A stretch of 64,000 nucleotides of DNA from Mobula hypostoma. Taxonomy: Eukaryota. The position numbers were made by a program, and so were the translations under genes. Location: NCBI RefSeq assembly GCF_963921235.1, contig NC_086118.1, positions 24,368,001 through 24,432,000 of the forward strand, in the 5' to 3' direction. Shown in pieces: positions 26,820 through 38,961 of the stretch (position 1 is its first letter; each line of letters opens with the position of its first letter). The notes under the pieces are model-generated. The model ran no database searches, had not been told where the DNA came from, and saw nothing but the letters and a program-made list of their open reading frames with translations.

Positions 26820-28860
26820 CACACACAAGATTTCCTGCAGATGCTGGAAATCCGTAGTAAGACACACAAAATGCTGAAGGAACTGAGCAGGTTAGGTAAC
26901 ATCCTTGGAAACTAATAAACAGTTGACCCTTCATCAGGATTGGAAAAGCAGGAGGGAAATGCCAGAATAGGAAGGTGATGAGAGGGGAAGGTATACAAAC
27001 TAGAAGGTGATAAGGAAAGCTTCATGCATCCATGTTAAGTTCATCAATTTAATCAACTTTGCCTCCAAATTCCACCCTGCCTCTAAATTCACTTGGTCCA
27101 TTTCTGACACTTCTCTTTCCTTTCTCGATCTCTCTGTCTCCAACCATGAGAACAAAATGTCTGCCAGTATCTTTCATAAACCTACTTATTACCACAGCTA
27201 TCTAGACTATACCTCTTCTCAGCCTGTCTCCTGTAAAAATTTCATTCCCTTTTCTTAGTTCCTTAGCCTCTGTCACATTTGTCCCCAGAATAAGTTTTTC
27301 CTTTCTAGAGCATCAGAAATTTCCTCCTCCGGTAAATAGTGGGGTTTTCCTTCCTCCACTGCTGCCCTCACTTTCATCTCCTTCATTCCCTGCACTTCCA
27401 TACTCACCCCATTTTCCTGCTGTCTTAACAGGGATCGAGGTCCTCTTGTCCTTATCAACCATCCCATGATCCTCCATATCCAACCCTCAATCACTGCAAC
27501 TTCTGCCATCTTCAGTGGGACCCTCCACCAAATACATCTTTACCTAGCCCCCACTCTCCACTTTCTCCTCCGTGATTCTCTTGTCCATTTGTCTCTCCCC
27601 ACTAATCTTCCTCCTGGTGTTTATTCTTGCAAGTGACAGAAGTGCAATACCTGCTGATTCGCCTCATCCGTCCTTCATTCAGGGCCCAAAACAGTCCTTC
27701 CAGGTGGCGCAACATTTCTGCTGTGAACCTGTTGAGGTCGTCTGCTGTATCTGGTGCTCCTGACTCGGTTTTCTCTACATCGATGAGACCTGATGTAGAT
27801 TGGGGACCACTTTGTCAGCACTTTTGCTCCATCCACAAAAGTAGCTTTCCCAGTTGACAGCCACTTCAATTCTAGTCCCTATTCCCATTCCGACATGATG
27901 GTCAATGGGCTCCTCTTGTGCCATGATGAGGCAACTTGCAGGTTGGAGGAGTAACACATTATATTCTGTCTAGCAGTCTCAAATATGATGATTACTAGAC
28001 AGAATTACTCATTCGTAAGGCCAGTGATGTTGTGGGGATGGAACTGGACTCTCTCACGGTGGTGTCTGAAAAGCGGATGCTGTCCAAGTTGCATGCCATC
28101 TTGGACAATGTCTCCCATCCACTACATAATGTACTGGTTGGGCACAGGAGTACATTCAGCCAGAGACTCATTCCACCGAGATGCAGCACAGAGCGTCATA
28201 GGAAGTCATTCCTGCCTGTGGGCATCAAACTTTACAACTCCTCCCTTGGAGGGTCAGACACCCTGAGCCAAAAGGCTGGTCCTGGACTTATTTCCTGGCA
28301 TAATTTACATATTACTATTTAATTATTTATGGTTTTATTACCATTTATTTATTTATGGTGCAACTGTAATGAAAACCAATTTCCCTCAGGATCAATAAAG
28401 TATGACTATAACATGAACATTGATTTCTCCAAATTTCAGTAATTTATCTCTCCTTTCCCTCTTCTAGATTTCCTCATTCTGGACCTCTTCTTATCTCTTC
28501 TCTTCACTTGCCTGTCATTTCCCTCTGTTGTCCGTCCTGTGCCTCTTCCTCCCATGGTCCACCCTACACTCCTAGCAGGTTCCTTCTTCTCCAGCCTATT
28601 AATGAAAATGTATGAGGTTATCTTTTCCACCTATCACCTCCCGTCTTCTTCATTCCTCTCTCCCACTCACCTGGCTTCACTTATCACCTTCTAGCTCTCC
28701 CCGTACCTCTTATTCTGGCATCTTCCCCCTTCCTTTCTCGCCCTGATGAAGGTTCTCGGCCTGAAATGTCAACAGTTCATTCATTTCCAAGATGTTCCCT
28801 GACTTGCTGAGTTCCTCCAGCTTTGTGTGTGTTGCAGTAGATTCCTCCATCTTTGTTTCC
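26820..28860 (+). mobile_element. Decayed Penelope-like element with inverted 5' terminal repeat
   Basis: 27007-27258 FASKFHPASKFTWSISDTSLSFLDL plus GIY-YIG remnant; minus-oriented terminal repeat 26820-27015 and plus-oriented one ending ~28860. Confidence 0.85.
27990..28410 (+). mobile_element. Rex1/Babar-like LINE 3' fragment inserted in the PLE
   Basis: AILDNVSHPLH...RCSTERHRKSFLPVGIKLYN; 3' end gatcaataaagtatgactat. Confidence 0.85.
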
Positions 28861-29550
28861 TCATTCACTTTGATAAATATAAACCTCAAAATTAAATCTG
28901 TTGACATATTTTTCTTCTCTTCATAACATGGGTAATGGTTTTGTAGCCTAATCCTCTTGTAACGAATGCTAAAATTACATTGCATTCCTTACTGCCAACA
29001 TAATCTGCAAGTTAATGTTTAGGGAATTTTGCATGTGGATTTCCAAATCCCTTTGCACCTCTGATTTATGACTTCTCTCCCCATTTAGAAAACAGTCTAT
29101 GTCCTTATTCATTCCGTCAAAGTGCATGACCGTGTGCTTCCCTGCACTATATCCCATCTGGCACTTCTTTGCGCATTCCCACAATCTGCTAAGTCCTTTT
29201 CCAAACTTGCTCAACACTACCTGCTCCTCCACCTTCCTTTTTTAACTGTCTGAAAACTTGATCACTAAGTCATCAATTCTGTCATCCAAATCATTACATA
29301 TAACATGAAAAGAAGTGGTCCCAACACAGACTCCTGCAGCACACCACTAGTCACCAGCAGCCAACCAGAAAAGGCTTTATTCTCACTCTTTGCCTTCTGT
29401 CAATCAGCCAGTGTTCTATCCATGCTAGTACCTTTCTTGTAATACCATGGGCTCTTATTTTGTTAAGCAACGTCATGCGTGGAGCTTGTTAAAGGCCTTC
29501 TGAAAATCCAAATAATCAGCAACCACTAAATCTGCTTCATCTATGCTGCT

Positions 29551-29788
29551 ACACACATCAAAGTTGCTGGCGAACGCAGCAGGCCAGGCAGCATCTCTAG
29601 GAAGAGGTACAGTCAACGTTTCGGGCCGAGACCCTTCGTCAGCATGAAGTCAGTCCTGATGAAGGATCTCGGCCCGAAACGTCGACTGTACCTCTTCCTA
29701 GAGATGCTGCCTGGCCTGCTGCGTTCACCAGCAACTTTGATGTGTGTTGCTTGAATTTCCAGCATCTGCAGAATTCCTCGTGTTTGCG
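29551..29788. mobile_element. Foldback Penelope mini-element with two inverted hammerhead-bearing arms
   Basis: 92-bp inverted arms (29551-29642, 29656-29747; 4 mismatches) plus 41-bp tail; 14-bp TSD TCATCTATGCTGCT. Confidence 0.9.
29651..29688 (+). ncRNA. Minimal type I hammerhead ribozyme motif
   Basis: cagtc-CTGATGA-aggatctcggccc-GAAAC-GTC-gactg; 5-bp stem I, weak stem II. Confidence 0.7.
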
Positions 29789-29966
29789 TCATCTATGCTG
29801 CTTATTATTTCCTCAAGAAATTCCAGTAGGTTTGTCAGGCAAGATTTCCCCTTTAGAAAACTATGCTGACTTTAGACTATATTAGTATGTGTTTCCAAGT
29901 ACTCTAAAACCTCATCCTTAATAACAGACTCCAACATCTTCCCAATTACTGGTGTCAGGCTAACTA

Positions 29967-30131
29967 ACTTTCTGGTGTCTTTCCTCTTCCTTTCAGGTCC
30001 TGAAGAGGGGTCTTGGCTTGAAACAGCGACTGCGTTGTCATTTCCGTACATGCTGCCTGACTTGCTGAGATCCTCTGGCATTTTGTGTGTGTCGCTTTGG
30101 ATTCCAGCACCTGCAGAGTTCCTCGTGTTTA
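29967..30131 (+). mobile_element. Solo Penelope terminal repeat inserted in CR1
   Basis: gtcCTGAAGAggggtcttggcttGAAACagcgac hammerhead-like core; flanking TAACTA duplication. Confidence 0.8.
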
Positions 30132-33100
30132 TAACTAGCCGACAGTTTCCTTTCTTCTGCCTCCCTCCATTCTTAAAGAGTGGAGTGACGTTTGCACTTT
30201 TCCAGTCCTTCGGAACCATCCCAGAATCTAATGATTCTTGAAAGAACAGTACTGATGCCTTCCCAATCTCTTCAACTACCCCTTTTTGAACACTGGAGTG
30301 AAGTCCAACTTGTCGAAGTGACTTATCTGCCTTCAGACTTTTCAGTTTCCCAAGCACCTTTTTCTTATTTGTAGCAACAACACTTATTTCTGCCCCTCGA
30401 CATTCTAGAATTTCTGGTGTAGTGTTAGTGTCTTCCACAGCGATGCAAAATACTTATCCAGTTCATCTGCCATTCTTTGTCCTCCATTACTATCTCTCTA
30501 GCAACATTTTCCGGTTGCCTCATCCTCCTTTTAGAATACTTCTTCATCTTTGGGATGTATCTTTCTTATGTCGTCTGGATTTTCCCCAGAAACACCAGCC
30601 ACCGCTGTTCTGCCATCAGCCCTGTTTGAATCCCCTTCCAATCAACCTTTGCCCCCTCCTCCCTCATGCCTCCGTAATTCCCCTTAATACACTGTAATAA
30701 TGATACATCCAAATTTAGCAGCTCCTTCGCAAGCAGCAGGGTGAGTTCTGTCACGTTATGATCACAGCTTTCTAAGTGTTATTTTACCTTAGGTCCCTGA
30801 TCAAATCTGGGTCATTATATAATATCTAATCCATAATAGCCTTTCCTCTGGTGGGCTCAACAACAAGCTGCTTCATAGGTATTCTAAAAATACCCTCTCG
30901 GGATCCAGCACCAATCTGATTTTCCAAATTTACCTGCATATTGAAATCCCCCATGATTATTGCAACATTGCCTTGTTTACATGCCTGTTCTATCTTCCAT
31001 TTAAATTTGTAGCCCATATCCTGGCTACTTTTCAGAGGTCTGTATATAATACCCACCAGGTTCTTTTCACCCTTGCAGTTTCTTAATTCTACCCACAGGG
31101 ATTCTACATCTTCATATCCTATGTCACATCTTTCTAAGGATTTAATTTCATTTTTTTCCAACAGAACCACCCGACTCCCTCTCCCTGCCTGCCTGTCTTT
31201 TCTATATAAGGTATCTCCTTGGATGTTAAATTCCCAACTATGATCTTCTTAAAGCCATGACTCAGTGATGACCAAAACATCACACCTGCCAATTTTTAAT
31301 TTGTGCTAAAAGATCATCCACCTTATACTGTATACTGGGTGCATTCAAATACAACACTGTCAGTCCTGAATTTATCACCCTCTTTGATTTTGTCCCATGT
31401 TAACTCATCCCACTGACTCCCATTTTGCCCTTCATAGTCGCAGTACACAATGCATCTACACTTGTATACCAACTGCCCCATCCTCAGCCCTATCTCTCTG
31501 GTTCTCACCCACTGGCCAATTTAATTTAAACCCTCCCCAACAGCTCTAGCAAACCTGGCTGCAAGGAGATTGGTCCCCCTCAGGTTCAGGTACAGTCTGT
31601 CCTTTTTGTGCAGCTAATACCTTCCCCAGCAGAGATCCCAATGATACAGAAATCTAAAACCCTGCTCCCTTCACTAATTCTTCAGCCACACATTCATCTG
31701 CCAAATCATCCTATTCTTGCCCTATCTGGCACGTGGCACAGGCAACAATCCTGGAGGTCCTCCTTTTCAGCTTTCTACCTAACACCCCACATTCTCTCTT
31801 CAGGACCTCCTCCCTTTCCTACCTATGTTGCTGATAACAATATGTACCACGACATCTGGCTGTTTATCCTCCCCCTTTTAGAATGCTGTGGACCTGATCT
31901 GAGACAGACCTGACCTTGGCACCTGGCAGGCAACATATCATCCGGGTGTCTCTTTCAAGTCCATAGGATCTGCTTTCTGATCTTCTAATTATGGTATCCC
32001 CTGTCACTACTGCACTCCTCTTCTCCCCACAGAGCCAGACTCAGTGCCAGATATCCAGTCAGTTTAACTTCTCATGGTAGGTCATTCTCTCCCCAACCGC
32101 ATCCATAGCTGTGTACTTATTATTGAGGGGAACAGCCACAGGACACCCTGTGCTGGCTGCTTTTTCCCTTTCCCTCCCTGACAGTCACCCAGATCACTGC
32201 TTCCTGTGACTAAAGTTGACAAATTCCCTGTAGCTCCTATCTATCACCTCTCATTCTCCCATATGAGTCGAAGGTCATCGAGGTGCAGCTCCTGTTCCTT
32301 AGCACAGTCCCGAAGGAGCTGCAGCTCAATGCACTTCATGCAGATGTAGTTATCAGGGAGACTGGAAGTCTCCCAGAGTTCCTACATCTCACGCAAAACA
32401 ACATGTTACTACCTCCAGACCCATTTTCAGCACACTAGCTATGTACTGTACTAACAGGGGGAGAAAAAAACTTACTAAAAACTTACTTAGAACCTCCGCT
32501 TGTGCTTGCCCAAGCCTGTTGAGCCAAAGCCTGATCACCCTAACACTACCTCTCCCTGCACTGACTGCAGCCACTGAAAAAGAGCAGAAAAGCACCTGTG
32601 CTCTTCTTAAAACTTGTCCTGTGTCACCAACCCTGTCATTACCTTCTCATGCACAAAACAGTGGATTGTTGCACAAGTCATTGTAGTAGGTGTGTACGAC
32701 TAATAGACTGTAGCTCACTGTTGGTGCATGTGTATTCCAATACTACTGATCTTCAAGTCCATGATGCTTTCAGCAGTTTTAGCAGCTGGAAAAGGAAGAG
32801 AGATAATTGATTTGGAAAAGCACTGTGCTTGATAGATTCTTAGCTATTAATGTTTATATCTAATCAGAATTTTCTGCAGAACAGGATATCATCAACTTGA
32901 TTCATTTTTGAAGTATTTTCCTGTATGAATCTGTTCTGAGCAACACTTGTGCAAACCGTAACTCAAATCATTACCTCTATCTCACCTGTCATTGTTCCTT
33001 GTGTGACAGGCTTCTCTAGTGCTTGGAATCTATTCACTATTGGTTTGCACTAACACTGTGACAGACACATAGGTGCCAAGTGGAAATATTTGTCATGGGT

Positions 33101-33294
33101 CACTTCATCATCCAAGTGTAATGTTGATGTCATCACATGACTTACCTCTGTACATTATGACACCAGCAAGTTGAAAATGAAATTTAAAACTTTTTAACCT
33201 GGTGGTCACAAAGTACAGGAAAACAACACACCTTGCTGTTAAGATCATGGTACTTCAGCATCCTTATGATATGTGTCTTTCTAAAATCAATTAG

Positions 33295-33660
33295 AGAACA
33301 TAGAACATAAAACAGAGAATATCACAGCATAGTACAGGCCCTTTTAACCTTTTGACCTTGGATCAATTTAATCCTTACTCCGACATTGTCCTTCATTTTC
33401 CAGTCATCCATGTGTCTATCTAAGAGTACCTTCAATGTCTCTTATATAGCTGTATCTGCCACCACCCTTGGGAGCAAGATCCATGCACCCGCCCCACTCT
33501 CGGTGTAAAAAACACACCTCTGACACCACCCTTCCCCCACTATACTTTCCATCAATCACCTTAAAATTCTGCCTCCTTACATTAGCCATTTCTGCCCTGG
33601 GAAAAAGTACTTGGCTATCTGCTTGATCGATGCCTCCTATCACCTTGTATCTCTTAATAC
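33295..33660 (-). mobile_element. CR1 LINE 3' end
   Basis: RYKVIGGIDQADSQVLFPRA; (AGAACAT)n tail. Confidence 0.8.
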
Positions 33661-34037
33661 TTTGGTCTAAAGCACAATTTATTTTAGTTACTATGAAGAG
33701 TGTTGCTGTGTGTTGAATATGCAAGGTAACCAATTATAAAAGTGGCTGTTGTTTTCTTTCTAATGACTGACTTTCTTGCGCAAGCAACATTTACATCCGA
33801 GTCAGAAATTGTGATACTTGCAGTTGCAGTTCTCTCTAATGCAATGGGACAGACTTTCCACCCAGGCATCAGTACTACTGTCAGGTTTATGTACCTTTCT
33901 CACAGCAACGCTTTGGTCCTGTACTGCTGTGGACTTCTGTGCTGCTTATGGCACAGTGACACAGCCTGTAGAGGCACTAACCTCATAGTTCCTGCAACCT
34001 GGATTCAATGCTGATCTCTGGGGCAGACTGGGGGTTG

Positions 34038-34760
34038 CACAAACGGGAGAAAATCTGCCGATGCTGGAAATCCAAGCAACACACATAAAATGTTGGAAGA
34101 ACTCAGCAGGCCTTGCAGCATCAATGGAAAAGAGTATAGACAACGTTTTGGACTGAAACGCTTCAGCAGGACTGGGGAGAAAAAGATAAAGAGTCAGAAT
34201 CAGAAGGGAGGGGAGGAAGAAACACAAGGTGATAAGTGAAACTGGGAGGGGGGAGAGGTGAAGTAGAGAGCTGGGAAGTTGATTGGTGAAAGAGATACAG
34301 GGCTGGAGAAGGGAAATCTAATAGGAGAGGACAGAAGGCCATGGAAGAAAGAAAAAGGGGGAGGAGCACCAGAGGGAGGCGATGGGCAGGCAAGGAGATA
34401 AGGTGAGAGAGGGAAAAGGGGATGGGGAATAGCGAAGGAGGGCAGTGGGCAGTACTAGAAGTTCGAGAAATTGATGGTCATGCCATCAGGTTGGAGGCTA
34501 TGCAGACAAGTATTAGATGTTGCTCCTCCAACCTGAGTGCAGCCTCATCGCAACAGTAGAGGAGGCCACAGAATGGGAATGGGAAGTGGAATTAAAATGG
34601 ATAGCCACTGGGAGATCCTGCTTTTTTGGGCAGACGGAGCGTACGTGCTCAGCAGAACCGTCTCCCAATCTGCCTCGGGTCTCACTAATATGCAAGAGGC
34701 CACATTGGGAGCACCAAATACAATAGGTGACCCCAACAGACTCTCAGGTGAAGTGTTGCT
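34038..34760 (-). mobile_element. Penelope-like 3' fragment (GIY-YIG plus terminal repeat)
   Basis: HISETRGRLGD..AEHVRSV...DLPVAIHFNSTSHSHS. Confidence 0.9.
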
Positions 34761-35536
34761 TCTTCTGTGTTCAGGAGAGTTACAAGGAGTCATTGTCCTT
34801 GTATCCACGTGAGTTACTTTTTTTTATTATTCCCACATCCTAAAAGTGTGTGAATTGCTTTATCTGTAGTTGGGATGAATAAAATAGCAGATTAGCGTGA
34901 AAGTAATTTCAGTTGAGTGTTCAGCACAATCCCACCCTCAGTTCTAATTAACAAGCTCCAAAACCCGAGCGTTTGTACCTCCCTCTGCAACTGGGTCCTT
35001 GACTTTCTCATCGGGAGACCATAGTCAGTGTGGATTGGAAGTAACATTTCCTTCTTGCTGACAATCAACGCTAGCACAACTCAAGAATGAGTGCTCAGCC
35101 CACTGCTCTACTCTCTCTACATCTACAATTACGTGGCTAGGCACAGCTCATACGCTGCCTATAAATGTGTCCATCACACAGCTATTGTTGGCAGAATTTC
35201 AGATGGTAATGAGGTGACGATAAGGAGTGAAATAGATCAGCTGGCTAAATGCTGTCACAACAACAACCTTGCTTTCAACATCAGTAAGACGAAGGAATTG
35301 ATTGTGGACTTCAGGAAGGGTAAGTCGAGGGAATACACCAGACCTCTTCAAGGGACCAGCAGTGGAAAGGGTGAGAAATTTCAAATTCCTGGGTGTCAAT
35401 ATCTCTGAGTATCTATCCTGGACCCTACATATTGATGCAATTACAGAGGAGAAATGATAGAGGGTATATTTCATTCAACATACATCAAAGTTGCTGGTGA
35501 ACGCAGCAGGCCAAGCAGCATCTATAGGAAGAGGCG

Positions 35537-35574
35537 CAGTCGACGTTTCAGGCTGAGACCCTTCATCAGGACTA
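35537..35574 (-). ncRNA. Minimal type I hammerhead ribozyme motif in the PLE terminal repeat
   Basis: tagtc-CTGATGA-agg gtctcag cct-GAAAC-GTC-gactg; intact core, loopless palindromic stem III. Confidence 0.8.
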
Positions 35575-35868
35575 ACTGAAGGAAGAGTGAGTAAGGGATT
35601 TGAAAGCTGGAGGGGGAGGGGGAGATGCAAAATGATAGGAGAAGACAGGAGGGGGAGGGATAGAGCCGAGAGCTGGACAGGTGATAGGCAAAAGGGGATA
35701 CGAGAGGATCATGGGACAGAAGGTCCGGGAAGAAAGACAAGTGAGGGGGGAACCCAGAGGATGGGCAAGAGGTATATTCAGAGGGACAGAGGGAGAAAAA
35801 GGAGAGTGAGAGAAAGAATGTGTGCATAAAAATGAGTAACAGATGGGGTACGAGGGGGAGGTGGGGCC

Positions 35869-37880
35869 TTAGCGGAAGTTAGAGAAGTCGATGTTCATGC
35901 CATCAGGTTGGAGGCTACCCAGACGGAATATAAGGTGTTGTTCCTCCAACCTGAGTGTGGCTTCATCTTTACAGTAGAGGAGGCCGTGGATAGACATGTC
36001 AGAATGGGAATGGGATGTGGAATTAAAATGTGTGGCCACTGGGAGATCCTGCTTTCTCTGGCGGACAGAGCGTAGATGTTCAGCAAAGCGGTCTCCCAGT
36101 CTGCGTCGGGTCTCACCAATATATAAAAGGCCACATCGGGAGCACCGGACGCAGTATATCACCCCAGTCGACTCACAGGTGAGTGATGCCTCACCTGGAA
36201 GGACTGTTTGGGGCCCTGAATGGTGGTAAGGGAGGAAGTGTAAGGGCATGTGTAACACTTGTTCCGCTTACACGGATAAGTGCCAGGAGGGAGATCAGTG
36301 GGGAGGGATGGGGGGGACGAATGGACAAGGGAGTTGTGTAGGGAGCGATCCCTGCGGAATGCAGAGAGAGGGGGGGAGGGAAAGATGTGCTTAGTGGTGG
36401 GATCCCGTTGGAGGTGGCGGAAGTTACGGAGAATAATATGTTGGACCCGGAGGCTGGTGGGGTGGTAGGTGAGGACCAGGGGAACCCTATTCCTAGTGGG
36501 GTGGTGGGAGGATGGAGTGAGAGCAGATGTACGTGAAATGGGGGAGATGCGTTTAAGAGCAGAGTTGATAGTGGAGGAAGGGAAGCCCCTTTCTTTAAAA
36601 AAGGAAGACATCTCCCTCGTCCTAGAATGAAAAGCCTCATTCTGAGAGCAGATGCGGCGGAGACAGAGTAATTGCGAGAAGGGGATGGCGTTTTTGCAAG
36701 AGACAGGGTGAGAAGAGGAATAGTCCAGATAGCTGTGAGAGTCAGTAGGCTTATAGTAGACATCAGTGGATAAGCTGTCTCCAGAGACAGAGACAGAAAG
36801 ATCTAGAAAGGGGAGGGAGGTGTCGGAAATGGACCAGGTAAACTTGAGGGCAGGGTGAAAGTTGGAGGCAAAGTTAATAAAGTCAACGAGTTCTGCATGC
36901 GTGCAGGAAGCAGCGCCAATGCAGTCGTAGATGTAGCGAAGGAAAAGTGGGGGACAGATACCAGAATAGGCACGGAACATAGATTGTTCCACAAACCCAA
37001 CAAAAAGGCAGGCATAGCTAGGACCCATACGGGTGCCCATAGCTACACCTTTAGTTTGGAGGAAATGGGAGGAGCAAAAGGAGAAATTATTAAGAGTAAG
37101 GACTAATTCCGCTAGACGGAGCAGAGTGGTGGTAGAGGGGAACTGATTAGGTCTGGAATCCAAAAAGAAGCGTAGAGCTTTGAGACCTTCCTGATGGGGG
37201 ATGGAAGTATATAAGGACTGGACATCCATGGTGAAAATAAAGCGGTGGGGGCCAGGGAACTTAAAATCATCGAAAAGTTTAAGAGCGTGAGAAGTGTCAC
37301 GAACATAGGTCGGAAGGGATTGAACAAGGGGTGATAAAACAGTGTCGAGGTATACAGAAATGAGTTCGGTGGGGCAGGAGCAAGCTGAGACAATAGGTCG
37401 GCCAGGACAGGCAGGTTTGTGAATCTTGGGTAGGAGGTAGAAACGGGAAGTGCGGGGTGTGGGAACTATAAGGTTGGTAGCAGTGGATGGGAGATCCCCT
37501 GAGCGGATAAAGTCGGTGATGGTGTGGGAGACAATGGCCTGGTGCTCTTTAGTGGGGTCATGATCGAGGGGTAAATAAGAGGAGGTATCCGCGAGTTGTC
37601 GCTGTGCCTCGGCAAGGTAGAGGTCAGTACGCCAGACTACAACAGCACCCCCCTTATCAGCGGGTTTAATAATAAGGTTAGGATTAGTGCAGAGGGTGTG
37701 GAGAGCAGAGCGTTCCGAAGGAGTGAGGTTGGAATGGGGACAAGGTGCGGTGAAGTCGAGACGATTGATGTCCCGTCGGCAGTTGGCAATAAAGAGATCC
37801 AGAGCAGGCAGAAGACCAGAGCGGGGTGTCCATGAAGAAGAGGAGGGTTGAAGACGGGAGAAGGGGTCATCGGGTTTGTT
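35869..37880 (-). pseudogene. PLE reverse transcriptase-GIY-YIG ORF, disabled
   Basis: Open frame 37880-36159 (KPADKGGAVVV, LPKIHK, GRPIVS, MDVQSLYTSIP, GVAMG); catalytic YIDD reads YIYD; frameshift ~36180 into VIYCVRCSRCGLLYIGETRRRL. Confidence 0.9.
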
Positions 37881-38763
37881 TGGGTATATTTCATTATTAT
37901 TTTGAGAAGACTTGGTATGGCACCAAAGGCTCTTGCAGATTTCCGCAGATGTGCTGTGGAGAGCATTCTGACTAGTTGCACCGCCACCTGGTATGGAGAG
38001 GCAGGTGTACGGGGTTGGGAAAAGTTGCAGAAAGTTGTAAACTCAGCCTAGTGTCGAGGACACCTTCAAAAGGTGATGTCTCAAAAAGGCAGTATCCATC
38101 ATTACAGACCCCCATCACCCAGATATGCCCTCTCCTCATTACTACCAACAAGGAGGAGGTACCGGGGTCTTAAGATACACTCACTGTTTCAGGAACAACT
38201 TCTTCCCCTCCACCATTAAATTTTTGGATGGACAAGCAGCAATATACTGCTACTGCAAAACAACAAATTTCACCAATTATCCCAGTGATATTAAACCTGA
38301 TTCTGATTCTGACGTAAGTGCTTGATGTTTGGAGCACACTCCAGTGATTTAAAAGGCCTACTTCCATACTGTGCACTGGTGAACATCCCTTGGAAACTCC
38401 TGTAGCCTTTGCAGTTGTCAGAAAATGGAATCTGCCCAATGAGACTGTCCCAGTTTAGACCTGGCGCAAATACAGCTGGCACCATTGAAATCAATGGCAA
38501 GGTACAACTGCTTGGAAAATGGAAGCAGAACTTTTTACTTGATATGATTCATTGAGGTTAAATTATTTTTAAATGATGTGTGAGTGTTTTAAATTAATTT
38601 TGAAACAATAATGTCCTAAAATCAGTTTTATTTATTTAATTGTTATTGTCATTTCAAATGAGAGGTTTGTAAGCCGATGAGCCTCAGGAAAAGCTGTCGA
38701 TTCCATGATGTGAGTGTATTCTCGCTGAGGCCCTATGTTGCATTAGGTGACCTCCCAGCCTAC

Positions 38764-38961
38764 CATTGCATCCACGATCAATAACTGGAAGGAGCAGCAT
38801 GTTCCAAGGGGAAGCACATTCCCACTTTGAGGTAGGCAGAAGATATGATCCCATATTTATCTTCTCTTCTTCTTGTTGGCTAATTATAAAAACAGGAGGA
38901 GTATATTTGTATCTTTTTTGCCTCATCATCTCTACTTGTCCATTGGTATAAAGCAGTAACT
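38764..38961 (-). CDS. Candidate internal coding exon (phase 1-1, 198 bp)
   Basis: Acceptor cttctgtttatag, donor ATG|gtaggc; open frame ELLLYTNGQVEMMRQKRYKYTPPVF...PVIDRGCN; phase fits 25450-25847. Confidence 0.4.

Larger units (their letters stand above)
28955..32570 (-). mobile_element. Long decayed CR1 LINE (ORF1, endonuclease and RT fragments)
   Basis: ESLWVELRN...IYRP...IMGDFN (30826-31170); WKSANVTPLFK.G (29872-30438); ORF1 region resembles 50700-52300. Confidence 0.9.
35476..37881 (-). mobile_element. Young 5'-truncated Penelope-like retroelement (Neptune type)
   Basis: RT, Cys-rich linker CKRNKCYTC and GIY-YIG endonuclease; 14-bp TSD GGGTATATTTCATT (35462-35475, 37882-37895). Confidence 0.95.
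34905..38312 (+). mobile_element. Rex1/Babar-like LINE (34905-35475 and 37882-38312) split by a PLE
   Basis: VLSPLLYSLY...NNLAFNISKTKELIVDFRK continues after the PLE as LRRLGMAPKALADFRRCAVESILT; (TTCTGA)n tail. Confidence 0.85.

Noticed and set aside
32643..32785. Selenocysteine readthrough of the two TGA codons
   Set aside because: No SECIS identified and no selenoprotein-like context
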